Origin: Azolla caroliniana
Taxonomy: Eukaryota > Plantae > Polypodiophyta
Assembly: GCA_043228905.1 (NCBI GenBank)
Contig: JBHGNT010000022.1
Span: 4,960,001 to 5,024,000, forward strand
Length of the DNA stretch: 64,000 nt
Direction: 5' to 3'
The position numbers and the translations under genes are program-made. Below are positions 30,831 through 45,259 of this stretch, piece by piece. How positions within the stretch are numbered: the stretch's first letter is position 1; each line of letters begins with the position of its first letter. A model generated the notes under the pieces. It was not told the origin of the DNA. It searched no databases and saw nothing but the letters and a program-made list of their open reading frames with translations.

Positions 30831-33800
30831 AGTAATTATACATGATAACGATTAATGTTTGCCCGTGATATGTTTACATCACAACATGATGTTATGACTA
30901 TTTTTCTGACCTTGTCCTATTTCTGTGCCAGAAATTATCATTAAATGGCTCATAATAACGACCCGATGGCATCCGCCCAAGCGGAAGGAATTCAAAGAAA
31001 TCCTCCTAGGCCAATCCCCATTGAGTCGTATTTTTTACAAATACAAAGTTTCCTTAATTCTACCTTGCATGAGATTTCCGAACTTTGGCAATCTCATAGT
31101 GCTCTCGAGGCACGTGTCATTAGTATACAATGTGATACTAATAGACTCGATGAGCGTTAAGGTGAACCATTGTTTGTCGTAAAACCATTTACGGGAGAAA
31201 AAAAGGAAAGAACCAAAGAAGGAATTGGCACATGGTTGGGCCGATGGGAGTTTCATTTTGAGCTCTATCCCAAGCCAGATAGTACGAACTTGCATATGTT
31301 GGTCAAGAACTAGGGGGTAAGGCCGCCGCCTGGTGGCATGGGCTCTGGACTATGAGGAAATTGTCCGATACCTGGACAGACTTTGTCATAGTTTTCAAGG
31401 GTCAATTTTTGCAACCTCCATCTCAAACCGAGGCAGCACAAGATTTAATGAACCTCTCTAGCTCGAAAATTTCCTCACTAGAAGACTATGTTCACCATGC
31501 TAGAACCCAAATCTAAAACTCGGGGACAATTGGTTAATAGCTTGTTTTGTCAATGACATCCCCAATTTGGACTATCACTAGATAGTGTATGATAAGGATC
31601 CAAAATCCTTCAAAGAAGTCTTTGAAATAGTTCTTCGTTATCAACGTTGTTCGAAGTGTTAGCTGGTTAGGGAATGAGCCAGACAAGTATGAAAGCGTTG
31701 AAGTCGACAATGTTTGGAAAGTACAGAATCAGAGTCAGATTAACTAGGTGGATCGATGAATCAGCAGTTTTGCTGACAAAATAATAATTACGAAAGTTAT
31801 TTTTGTAGTTCTTGCCGACAAGGAAAAATATAGTTCTTGATGAGGAAGTCTTCAAGTTACCTATAAAAAGGAATCGAAAGCATTGTACTACTATCGTTAG
31901 TTTTTAGTTAATATAGTTTTTAGTTATAGGAATTCTGAGCACTTGTGTCGATAATATTGTTCTCTATAATTCTGTTCTTTTACCAGATCCATCGAAACCT
32001 TTTCAGGTTGAAACCGATGCAAGCGATTATGCTATAGGTGTTCTCTTATATCAAGATGGTAAACCAATAGCATTCAAGAGTAAGAAACTTGATTCTACTC
32101 AATGTTGGTATACCATTCAAGAAAAGGAATTATTTGTAGTTATTCATGTGCTAAATTCATGGTGTCATTATCTTTATGGAAATCGTTTTGTGGTAACAAT
32201 AGACCACGAGTCCTTGAAATATTTTTGTGACCAACAAGATCTTAAAGGTCGTAAGACACGATGGACAGGTCTCATCCAGGACTTTGATTTTTCTATACGA
32301 TATCGTAAAGGTTCCATTAACACTGTTGTTGATGCACTAAGTCACATCCGTGAAGTTAACATGCTTAGCTTCACTGAAATAACATCAAACCTTTATGATC
32401 ACCTTCGAGGAAAGTATCCTAATGACAGTTATTTTGCAAAATACTGGAACAGACATCGTCACAACCTCAAAGGAATCCTTCCACGATTCTAATGGCCTGC
32501 TCTACTGTAATGGGAAGGTTTGTGTTCCAGGTTTGCTTAATGTCAAAATGAGAATTCTTTTTTAATGCCATGATGCACCCTTAGCAGGGCACCCTGGAAT
32601 ACATCACACACTCGTTCTCATCTCCTCTCAATTCTATTGGCCTAAGGTGCGTCCTGACATACATAGTTATGTGACTAAATGTCACCAGTGTTAGGTTAAC
32701 AAAGTCGAGTGACTAAAAGTCGTTGGACTTTTACATCCCTTGGGCATTCCCAATAATAAGTGGGAAAGTATATCCATGGAATTTATTGTTAGCCTTCCTC
32801 GCACCCAACAAGGCCATGATGCCATTTGGGTTGTGGTTGATCGACTAACTAAAATGACCATATTTATTGCTACTAAAACCACGGTAACAACTCCTGAATT
32901 GGCTTACCAATTCGTTGATGATTTATTTCATTTTTATGGGTTACTGATGGATATTGTGCGTGATCGAGATCCAAAGTTTACTAGTGACTTTTGGACAGAA
33001 GTCTTTAAGAAGTTAGAAACTACATTGAGCATGACCTTCACACATCATCCTCAATCTGATGGACAGATAGAACGAGTAAATCAAATTATTGAGGACATGC
33101 TTCGAGCATATGTTGGTGCAAAACCAACAAAATGGGAACGTTATCTCCCAATTTTGGAGTTTGTTTATAACAACTCCAAGAATACGTCGACAGGATATAG
33201 TCCTTTTATGTTAATGTATGGTTTTCAGCGACGAGCCCTGATTGATGTTCATATATATCATGATGAGTTGCGAAGTACATAAAACTTTCTTCGAGATATG
33301 CAAGATATGTTGCATATTGCACGAGATAATATAAAAATAGCTCAAGATAGAGTGCGTTTCTATGCCGATCATAATAGGAAACCTCGTGTATTCAACCCTA
33401 GACAGAAGGTATTTTTACGTGTACATCACAATTCTAAGACATTGTCTATGGGTAAATGCGCTAAGTTAGACCCACGATTTTGTGGACCTTTTACAGTCCT
33501 CAAACGCATCAGTTTATCCGCCTATCATCTCGCTCTTCCTGATAGCGTCGAAATCCATCTAGTTTTTCATGTAAGTCGCCCAAAAGAACTTCTTGGTTCT
33601 AGCAATAATACAGTTACAACTGAAACTTTGTTTACTTCTGAAGAATTATCTTCTAAACTACATGTACCAGAAAGAAGTCTCGATGTTAAAACAAAAAATT
33701 TGCGTTCTGAAAATTATAATCTGAAAATTTAAATGAATGGATAAAGCTATCAAGGATGCGACATGGGAACTCGAAAGAGGGGGAGTATGTTATGGGCATG

Positions 33801-34362
33801 ACCATATAATATCCCGTGGTAAGTTTTACCGTAGTATTCTATACACGTGGATAAAGTGTGAGGGTTAAACGAGAGTGTAACCCTCACACTTTTAATCCTT
33901 GGGATTGAGACTACCCATTAGACCAAGTGTGAACTTGCCTGGGGGCATTAGGTCTGGCTATAAATATGAGGCCTAACTACCCTCAATTGGTCATCTCTTG
34001 ACTACATCGAGACTGTGTCCTTGTGGTGGATCCAACTATTGTAGTGAGCGCGCTAGTACTAGGTACGACTCGATGCCATGATGGTGGTATGGAACGTCGA
34101 TCGAGGCTCGAGTTCGTCTCGATCCCTTCCCTTGGGGGTGACCGGGTGGATCATCACCCTTCTTTCACTCTCTCCTTTCTATCTATTGCATCCTTATCTC
34201 TAGCTCTAACAAAGGTGAAGATTGGAGAAGTCGACAGTGCACCTAGATATAAAGCTCGGATTGTGGTGAAGGGGTTTCAACACAAAAAGGGTGTCGACTT
34301 CGACGAGATATTCGCACTAGTCATGAAGATGACATCCATCTGAATTGTTTTGAGTATAGTTT

Positions 34363-34619
34363 GAACCATACGTACCATACGTGCATTCGCATTTGCGAAT
34401 GTTTCAATCATTCGCATAAGAAAAACACCCTCAAAGAATGATAAATACCATACTTTTGGATTAACTATTTATTATGAGGTAAATAAGCCTAAAAAATGGT
34501 AAAAAACAAACAAAAAAAAAAACATTAAAAAAATGGGAAAAAAAAACACAACAATGTTTGAATAACATTCGCATTCGGATGTTATGCTACACGAACACGA
34601 ATTTTACGTACTATGGTTC
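34363..34619. mobile_element. MITE-like ~257-bp insertion in copia A RT
   Basis: AT-rich insert with imperfect inverted ends (gaaccatacgtac / gtactatggttc) that interrupts the IRIVLSIAAS codons. Flanks are duplicated (tgagtatag / tgagcatag). Confidence 0.65.
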
Positions 34620-35905
34620 TGAGCATAGCTGCTAGTATCGATCTAAAGATCAAATAGTTGGATGTCAAGACAACATTCTTGCACGAGGAGCTCGATGAAG
34701 AGATCTGCATGCCTCTACATGCAGCAGCCCGAAGGCTTTGTGGAGAAGGGGAAAGAGAACCTGGTGTGTCGACTGAAGAAAAGCTTGTATGGTTTGAAAC
34801 AAACTCCATGCCAATGGTACAAGAACTTTGAGTCCTTTATGCTAGAACACGGGTTCAACAAAACATAGGTAGATCACTGTGTGTTCGTAAAAAGGTACGA
34901 TGAAGGCGACTTCTTTATTCTCTTATTATATGTGGATGACATGTTAATAGTTAGACAAGACAAGAAGGGGATCGTGAGCTTGAAGAAAGCATTAGGCAAG
35001 TCGTTTGCCATGAAAGATCTTGGACCGTCTAAACAAATCATGAAAGATCTCTCGAAGCTGAATACAAAGCAATGCCCGAGAGGGGAGAAAGAAAAGGCTG
35101 AGATGAGGAAAGTATTATATGCCTCGGTCATCGGTAGTTTAATGTATGCTATGGTCTACATGAGACCAGACATAGCATTTTTTGTGGGAGTAGTAAGCCG
35201 ATATATGAGTAATCCAAGTAGAGAACACTAGGCAGCAATAAAGTGGATACTCAGGTACTTGAAAAGCACCTCGGGGGTATGCCTAAGGTATGGTGTTGGA
35301 AAACCTATGCTCGAAGGGTTTACCAACTCGGACATGTCAGGGGACGTAGACTCAAGGTATGGCAACGGTAGAGGCCGACAAAGAGTTGAGTTGGGAATGA
35401 AGCAAAGGGAGCTCTTGCTTCATTGTGATAGCCAGAGCGCCGTACATCCAGCCAAGAATGTTGCGTACCACTCTCGGACCAAACATATACAGAGAAGGTG
35501 CCACTGGTTACGGGAGAAAGTAGAAGAAGGAGAGCTTACCCTTGTGAAGATCCATAGTGATGACAATGGATCCGACATGCTCATGAAGAACCTATCGATG
35601 GACAGACTCAGTGTCTGTCGACAGAGGACAGGGCTAACCGACTCCAACCATAGGAGTGAAGGGGAAGTTTGTTAAGATTATGTCCCTCGTATGGGAAGAG
35701 CTGACTAGAAGGACTGAGAGCTGATAGTCAAAGACGAGTAGCTCATTGATCATGACGAGAGCCAACAGTCGATGACAAGGAGGAGTCGACATAGAGAGTC
35801 AACATTCTACATGTGATCCAAGTCGAAGAAATGACCGACTAATCGGGCCAACCATATGCTTGACAACAATGTCGACTGGTTGGGCTGACTAGACAATCAA
35901 CATAA

Positions 35906-38900
35906 TGTTAGGATTTCGGTCCCTCCGAATGGAATGATGAAGGCCCGGTGAGAACCTCTCACCGGATGAAGGGACATATATGTAAATATATTCCAGAGAG
36001 CCCACTAGGGCTATACTTGTACATAGCCCGAAAGTCATATTAGTATAAATATGACCTAGGGCAAACATCAGAGTAGAACGTGGTTATTATCGTTGTACTG
36101 AGTTATTGGTGTAACTGTTGTACAGAGCGTAGTAGAGAGAGAGAGAGAGAGAGAGAGATTCAAAGCAATTCTCTGTTGTAACCGCCGCCAAGCGAAGAGT
36201 GTGAGCACAAGGTCGTTGCCTCTGTGCCCCCTGTTGTATTCTCCTTACATATTGATAGTTTGGAGTCCGTGGGCTCCCATGGTTTTTCCCATTTAGGGTT
36301 TTCCACAAAAACATACTGTGTACACTCTCTCTCATTGTTTCTTTTGTGTATACATTCATCTATCTCCACATTCCCATTGTTGTGTTTGTAATTCTCAAAG
36401 AAGTGATCGAAGACTCGGTAGTGGTTGAGTATTATTTCCAATATCCGCGTCAATTTGGTATTAGAGCAAAACGAAACAGAAAAATTGAAGATTCCTTGGG
36501 AGGCATGTTCAAGCTCACCGGCTCCAACTACTCAATGTGGAAGTCAAAGATGAGGGACATGCTCGTGGTTAAAGATCTTTGGTTGCCAGTTCAGTTTGGG
36601 GACAAGAGACCGGACAAGATCGACGCCACGGTATGGGAGGTCATGCACATGAAGACAACGATGTACATACGGTGCTTCATCGACATGAGCCTGTACAACA
36701 ACTTTAATGAGGAGAGTAAGGATCATGAGCTCTGCGAGAAGATTGGCATTATGTTTCAGAACAAAAATGTTGTTAATCGGGTTTTGGTATTCCGAAAGCT
36801 GGTAAGACTCTGGTACCTAGATGGCTCCAGTATGGCAGAGCACATGAATGCCTTCCAGGGGTTGATTCACTACGCAATGCCTCTCGCCGATGAGGTACTA
36901 GCATTGCTCCTGCTCGGTTCCCTCCTAGATAGCTAGGAGACGTTAGTTGTCACTTTGGGCAACGCCAGGCTGGAAGGGAAGTAGTTATCCCTAGCAAGAG
37001 TCAAGTCGAGCTTGTTAGATGAGGAGGCACATTGGAAAGACAAGGATACGAGCACCGACTCCAAAGCACTCCTTACCGAATCGAAACGCGGAAGACAAAG
37101 GAACCGGAGTCGCCAGAACCGGGAAAAGTCAGGGACACGATCAAAGTCAAGGGGAAGGCCTACTTGCTTCTACTGTGACAAACCGGGGAACTTCCAGAAG
37201 AACTGTCGGCATTTCCGGAAAGACAAGGAAACCGACAATACCGATTCGAAGCGGTCACCATACCGAAACGGTAAAGACCAGAGGGGACCGAACCAAAAGG
37301 GAACGATGGCAATCATGGCAAGTAAAGAGGAGTTGATGCTCATCACCAAGGAGAGTGAGTTGAACCTTGCCGGCGAGGAGACAATGTGGCTTCTCAATTC
37401 CGGAGCGTCGTTCCACCTTACTCCGAACCAGAAATGCTCTCATCCTACACAGCTGGTGAGCACGGTTGTGTCTAGATGGGGAATGAAGGGACATGCCGAA
37501 TTATCGGCATAGGAGATGTGTTGTTGAAGACATCAACCGGATGCAAGCTGCTGTTGAAGGATGTCCGATGCGTTTTGGAGGTTCGACTGAACCTGATATC
37601 AACCGATCGACTAGATAATGAAGCCTACACAGGTAGCATTTGGAATGGTTTCATGAAGTTTTGCAAAGGGAGCCTAATAGTGGCTCGGGCATAGAAATTC
37701 AACACATTGTACCTGATGAATGCCCGGTTATGCCGGGAAGAAGTGAACGTGGCATCTGACACTACCGGTGAGTTGTGGCACAAGAGGCTGTGTCACATGA
37801 GCGAGAAGGGGACGTGCATCTTGAGAGGTGCACCGATTGCCTAGCCGATAAGCAAAACCAGACCTCCTTCCGCTCAAGGCCCCCAATGAGACGTAATGCA
37901 CCATTGGAGTTGGTGCATACCGATGTGTGTCAAGTGGACACAAAGTCACATGCCAGATCGCAGTACTTCGTGACGTTCATAGATGACCACATCCGAAAGT
38001 TGTGGGCCACACCATTGAAGACGAAGGATCAGGTGTTATCCGTCTTGAAGGAGCTCCACGCGAGAGTGGAAAGAGAAACCGGCCGGAAGCTAAAGGCGGT
38101 TCGAGCAGATAACAGAGGAGAATACCGGGGGCAGTTCGAGGAATACTATCACTTGAAGGGAATCCGGCTCGAATTTACCGTGCCGAAGACGCCAGAACTC
38201 AATGGGTTGGCCGAGAGGATGAACCGAACCATAATGGAGAGGGTCCGGAGTACCCTAGCACATGCCAAGTTACCCAAGACATTTTGGGCTAAGGTGTTGA
38301 TGACAGCGACGTACACCCTCAGTACCCTTGGACAGAGACACGCCGCAGAGAGTGTGGACCGGTAAGGAAGTGTCTTACCAGCATCTGAAGGTGTTCGGGT
38401 GTCTCGCTTACGTGCATGTGGCAAAGGACCGGAGAGCAAAGTTGGACCCAAAGTCCCGACCTTGCATATTCCTCGGATACAACGATGATGAGTTTGGTTA
38501 CCGAGTGTGGGATCCAATCGACAAGAAGGTTTTCCGGAGTCAAGATATTATCTTCATGGAGGACAAGACCCTTGCCTACTAGGAGTCCGAGAAGAAGATA
38601 ATGAACTCCGAGTCGACTGGTAAGGATCGTTTTGATGAGATGCAAACCCAACTGGCAAAGAGCCAGTTAACACTCGAAGAACCGGCCGGTTACGGAGAGG
38701 ACACCAAACCGGCAGAAGAAGAACAGGAAGCAGAAACCGGAACCGGCCAAGATCTCGAATCGGATTCGGATGAAGAACAAACAGAGGAGCCGATTGCCAA
38801 AAACCAAGGACGTAGATATCCTCTCAAAGAGAGAAGGGTCCCCCGGAGATTTCCGGATCTAGAGCATGTACTGCTAACCAATGAGGGGGAGCCAGAAAGC

Positions 38901-39095
38901 TTCGAAGAAGCTAAGAGAGACACCCACAGTCATAAGTGGTTGAGTGCCATGCATGACGAGATGGATTCCCTACATGAGAACCACATGTATGAATTGGTGG
39001 AGTTGCCGAAAGGAAAGCGGGGACTCCGTAATAAGTGGGTGTACAAGTTGAAACTGGGAGATGCCGATAACCCCATGAGATACAAAGCCAGGATC
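35906..39095 (+). mobile_element. Copia E: 5' two-thirds of a Ty1/copia inserted in the copia A 3' LTR
   Basis: LTR 35906-36452, PBS TGGTATTAGAGC 36456-36467, gag (GGMFKLTGSNYSMWK), PR, INT. RT start is cut at YKARI by copia F. Confidence 0.9.
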
Positions 39096-42000
39096 TGTTA
39101 GGATCTCGGTCCCTCTGGATGGGATGATGAAGGCCCGGTGAGAACCTCTCACCAGATGAAGGGACATATATGTAAATATGTTACCACTGAATAGAGTGTA
39201 GCAGAGAGAGAGAGAGAGAGAGAGAGAGATAAAGAGAGAGGGAGACCTGAATAGTCTCTGTTGTAACCGCTTGTTGGTGAAGATTGAGAGCACGAGGTCG
39301 CTGCCTCTGTGCTCCTCCTGTTGTATTCCTTTTACATAGTGATAGTTTGGAGTTTGTGGGCTCCTGTGGTTTTCCCCTCTCAGGGTTTTCCACGTTAACA
39401 TATTGTGTACCCTCTCTCATATTATCTAGGTGTACGTGTATTCACCTCTATTCCGATTTTCAGTGTTCGATTCGAAACAACATGATCTGAGACTCAGTTG
39501 TGGCCGAGTAATATTCTGCATATTTCATGTCAATCTGGCATCAGAGCAAAACGACACAGAAAATGGAAGATTCGTTGGGAGGCATGTTCAAGCTCACTAA
39601 CTCCAACTACTCAGTGTGGAAGTCGAAGATGAGGGACATGCTCGTGGTGAAAGATCTTTGGTTGCCGGTTCAGTTCGGGGACAAGAGACCGGACAAGATC
39701 GACGCCACGGTGTGGGAGGTGATGCACATGAAGACAACAGATTACATCCGATGCTTGATCGACATGAGCCTATACAACAACTTCAATGAAGAGAGCAAGG
39801 CTCATGAACTTTGGGAGAAGATCGGCATTATGTTTCAGAACAAAAATGTTGTTAATCGGGTTTCGGTATTTCGGAAGCTAGTGAGGCTCCGGTACCAAGA
39901 CGGCTCTAGTATGCGGAGCACATGAATGCATTCCAGGGGCTGATTCACCAGGCAACATCATTGGAAGTACCTCTAGCCGATGAGGTACTAGCACTGCTCC
40001 TGCTCGGTTCCCTCCCAAATAGCTGGGAGACGTAAGTTGTCACCTTGGGCAACGCCGGACAGGAAGGAAAACGATTATCCCTAGCAAGAGTCAAGTCAAG
40101 CTTGCTAGATGAGGAGGCGCGTCGAAAAGACAAAGATACAATCTCCTTAACGAATCGAAACACGGAAAACAAAAGAACCATAGTCCCCAAAACAGGGAAA
40201 AGTTGGGGACACGGTCAAAGTCAAGGGGGAGGCCTACTTGCTTCTATTGCGGCAAACTGGGACACTTCCAGAAGAACTGTCGGCACTTCCGAAAAGAAAA
40301 GGAAACCGACAGTATAGATTCGAAGCGGTCACCGAACTGAAACGGTAAAGACAGTAGGGTACCGAATAGGAAGGGAACGATGGCAATCACGGCAAGTTAA
40401 GAAGAGTTGATGCTCATCACCGAGGAGAGTGAGTTGAACCTTGCCGGCGAGGAGACAACGTCGGTTGTAGATTCCGGAGCGTCGTTCCACCTAACCCCGA
40501 ACCGGAAATGCTTCTCATCCTACACAACCGGTGAGCACGGCTATGTCCGGATGGGGAATGAAGGTACATGCCGAATTGTCGGCATAGGAGACGTGTGGCT
40601 AACAACACCAACCGGATGCAAGCTGTTGCTTAAGGATGTTTGACATGTTCTGGAGGCTCAATTGAACCTAATATCAGTCGGTCGGCTAGACGATGAAGGC
40701 TACACGGGTAGCATCCAGAACGGAGTCATGAAGTTCAGCAAAGGGAGCCTAATCAACACACTATAATTGATGAATGCTCGGTTATGTCTGGAAGAAGTGC
40801 ACGTTGAATCTGACACTGCCGGTGAGCTGTGGCACAAGAGACTGTGTCACATGAGCGAGAAAGGGATGAAGAGGCTTGTCGATGACAACCTAATTCCAGT
40901 GAAAGACGTGCATCTTGAGAAGTGCACCAATTGCCTGGCCAGTACGCAAAACCAGACGTCTTTCCACTGAAGGCCACTGATGAGAAATAATGCACCATTG
41001 GAGCTGGTGCATACCGATGTGTGTCAAGTGGACACGAAGGCACATGCCAGATCGCAGTACTTCGTGATGTTCATAGACGACCACAACCGAAAGCTGTGGG
41101 CCACACCATTGAAGACGAAGGATCAGGTGTTATCCGTCTTCAAGGAGCTCCACGCAAGAGTGGAAAGAGAAACAGGTTGGAAGTTGAAGGCGGTTCGAGC
41201 AGATAACGGAGGCGAATACCGGGGGCAGTTTGAGGAGTACTGCCGCTCGAAGGGAATCCGGCTCAAATTTACCATGCCGAAGACGTCGGAACTAAACGGG
41301 CTGGCCGAGAGGATGAATCGAACTATAATGGAGAGGGTCCGGAGTATGCTAGCACATGCTAAGCTACCCAAGACGTTTTGGCCTAATGCGTTGTCGACAA
41401 CGATGTATGTGATAAACAGATCACCCTTAGTGCCCTTGGAAAGAGACACGCCGCAGAGAGTATGGACCGGTAAGGAAGTGTCTTACCGGCACTTGAAGGT
41501 GTTCGGGTGTCTCACATACGTGCATGTTGCAAAAGACCGGAGAGTAAAGTTGGATCCAAAGTCCCGGCCTTGCATATTCCTCGGATACGGCGATGATGAG
41601 TTTGGTTACCGAGTGTGGGATCCAGTCGGCAAGAAGGTTTTCCGGAGTCAAGATATTATCTTCATAGAGGACAAGACCCTTGCCGACTGGGAGTCGGTGA
41701 AGAAGATAATGAACTCTGAGTCAACCAGTAAGGATCTGTTCGATGAGATACAGACCTACCTGGCTAAGAGTCGATTGACACTCGAAGAACCAACTGGTTA
41801 CGGTGAGGATACCGAACCGACAGAATAAGAAGAAGAGGAAGTTGGAACTGGAACCGACCAAGATCCCGAATCGGATTCGGATGAAGAACAAACAAAGGAG
41901 CCGATTGCCAAAAACCAAGGACGTAGATATCCTCTCAAAGAGAGAAGGGTCCCCCGGAGATTTCCGGATCTAGAGCATGTACTGCTAACCAATGAGGGGG

Positions 42001-43740
42001 AGCCAGAAAGCTTCGAAGAAGCTAAGAGAGACACCCACAATCATAAGTGGTTGAGTGCCATGCATGACGAGATGGATTCCCTGCATGAGAACCACATGTA
42101 TGAATTGGTGGAGTTGCCGAAAGAAAAGCGGGAACTCCGGAATAAGTGTGTGTACAAGTTGAAACCGGGAGATCCCAGCAACCCCCAAGGTACAAAGCCA
42201 GGATCGTGGTGAAGGGGTTCCAGCAGAAGAAGGGAGTGGACTTCGACGAGATATTTGCCCTGATAGTAAACATGACTTCCATCCGGACGGTGCTGAGCAT
42301 AGCGGCGAGCATGGACCTCGAGGTAGAGCAGTTAGACGTGAAGACCATGGCACCCTCGAAGAAGAGATGTACATGCAGCAACCGGAGGGATTTGTGAAGA
42401 AAGGAAAGGAGAACCTAGTTTGCCAGTGGAAGAAGAGCCTCTACGGTTTGAAGTAGGCTCCCCGGCAATGGTACCGGAAGTTCGACTGCTTCATGACTAA
42501 TCAAGGATACCACAAGACGCAGGCCGATCACTACGTGTTTGTGAAGAAGTTTAAAGGTGGAGACTTCTTAATACTCCTCCTGTACGTGGACGACATGTTG
42601 ATCGTCAGATGTGACCAAGTCAATATACGGATGCTGAAGAAGGCTCTAAACCGGACCTTCTCAATGAAAGACTTGGGTCCGGCTAGACAGATACTAGGGA
42701 TGCATATCATCCGGGACCGGTCAATGAAGCAATTGTGGTTGTCATGGGAGAAGTACGTGACAAAGGTGCTTCAATGGTTCAACATGTCAGATGTGAAACC
42801 GGTCGGATCGACACTCCGAACAAACTACAGGTTATCCGGGAAGCAAAGCCCGAAGACGAAAGTAGAGAAGGCGAATATGATGAAGATACCATATGCCTCT
42901 CCCGTCGGGAGCTTAATGTATGCAATGGTGTGTACCCGACTGGATATCGGATACACAGTCCGAGTGGTGAGCCTGTTCATGAGCAATCCCGGCAAGGAGC
43001 ACTAGAATGCGGTAAAATGGATACTCCGGTATTTGAAAGGCACCTCAAGTATGTGTCTCCGATTTGGCTCCGGTAAACCCCAACTTGACGGCTTTACCGA
43101 TTCGGATATGTCGGCTGATGCGGTGACCAGCCGGTCAACATCTAGATACGTCATGACATCTGTAGGGGGAGATAATTCCTGGCAGTCGAGGCTACACAAG
43201 ACAATTGCGTTGTCAACCACGAAAGCGGAGTACATGGCGGTTGTGGAAGCCGGCAAGGAAATACTATGGATGAAGGACTTCATCGGAGAGCTAGGGATCC
43301 GGCAAGAGGAATATTGGATCTATTACGACAGTCAAAGTGCCATCCACCTTGCGAAGAACGCGGCGTATCAATCCAGGACGAATCACATCCAACGCAAGTA
43401 CCACTGGATCCGGGAGCGAGTAGAAGATCGTGAGTTCGTGCTGACGAAAATCCACACGGAGGAGAATGGGTTAGATATGTTGACCAAGGTTCTGACAGCC
43501 GACAAGTTGGACGCATGCTGGAAGCGAATTGGACTAACCAGACATGCCATGCCGGAGTGAAGGGGGAGTTTGTTAAGATCTTGGTCTCTCCGGATGGGAT
43601 GATAAAGGCCCGATGAGAACCGAATGATATGTACCCGGCAAGGAAGACCCGATGAGAACTGGATGATGAAGGCCCGATGAGAACCTCTCACCGGATGAAG
43701 GGACATATATGGAAATATGTTTCTGAGAGCCCATTGGGGT
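39096..43740 (+). mobile_element. Copia F: degenerate full-length Ty1/copia (E family), 3' LTR truncated
   Basis: LTR 39096-39532, PBS TGGCATCAGAGC 39536-39547, gag-pol 39563-43560 with many stops and frameshifts, PPT 43561-43570, 3' LTR 43571-~43740. Confidence 0.92.
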
Positions 43741-45259
43741 CATAGCTATAAAAAGTCCTAATTTCATAAAAGAATGGCATAACTCTTTCATTTGAAACCC
43801 AAATATCATGTTTAAAATATGGGTTCGAAAGTTCATGAAAAGAGTTATCTTTAGAATTTCACATCTCTACATTTGGAGCTCTAGTGAGGGAGATATGACA
43901 ATTATAAGGTAATTGTGTCATAGCTAAAAATAGGAGATAAACAACTTCTAAAACAAGTGTGAAAAAGAGCGAAAGAATAAGAAGATTATAAGAAGTGAGA
44001 TGAGTCTTAATAGAAGAAGGTACGAGAAAAATTAATAAGAGGTGAGAAGAATAAAAAGAAAAAATTGAAAGAGGAGGAAGATAGGAAGTCTATGAGCAGT
44101 GAGAAGAGTATTAATAATGGGGAGAAAGAAGAATAGTCAAAGGACGAAAGAGATAAAGGTGAAAGAAATTTGCGAGTTTGAGTGATTGGAAATCAAGAAG
44201 TTCTTTGGTTTTATGGTTCAATTTAGAGTTTATCCAACTTGTATTGTCTCAATAGTAGAATATTATAGCATTCTTGCCTCTTTCTCGTCTTGTCTATGTT
44301 TTCTCTATATCTCTTCATCATATAGATTAGGGTCAAAGGGGAGAACATGTTTTGTTTCTCACTCATTCTCTCGCAAGACAATATTCACAATATATTTGCT
44401 AAAATCATTAATATTCTGCTATAATTACTAGACTTCCAAAAACCTATTGCAATTTTGGCAACTTTCCCAAAATTCCTTGGTTGTTTCAGTAAGTCTGATA
44501 ATTATAGTAATATGATAGTATGGTTCCCCAGCATGTATCTATTAGAGATTCTTATCCAACTCCATTTGAGCACCATCATTTCATTGATATTTACCTCTAT
44601 TATGACTCCAGAATTTACTTGATAGCCCTTTTTTTGTAGAGCTAGGAGAAACTCCAGAATTATCACTACATAAAAGAGCTCTTTTACTTGATTGCAAATA
44701 TTGCACATGGAGAATAACATGAATATCACGCATGTGTCAATCTATGGTTGTACCTTTAGGTTATAACAAAATGTAATTTGCAGTCTTTTTACAAGAAGTT
44801 AAAGACAATAAATAGGACAATTACCTCATCCTGCAACCTTTATAAATTTGATCGATCTTTTACAAATTTATGCCACTGAAGATGGTATGCAATCAAATGG
44901 AAGTTATTCTGAAAGATGGTCTTTTACATAAAGCAAAAGAACTTTTCCCTTGATGTAAAAGCCCTTCTAAAAGATTTTTACTGTAGAAAGAGATAAGAAT
45001 TCCAGGCTTTCTAGTTTGACAACTTTTAAATTCTCTTCCAACATGCTGTAGTTAGAAAAGGGCATCAAGGGCCTCGAATCATATTTTATCATACTCTGAA
45101 AGACCCATGTACTTTACACATGACAGAAATGGCAATCAAAGGATCATCATCCATGTGATATCTAGCCTGTGAATGAAGTATATTTCAAGATCACGATCAG
45201 AAAATGTTATGAAGGAAATGGCACATGGTATACTGTGAAACTAACAATAACATACCATA

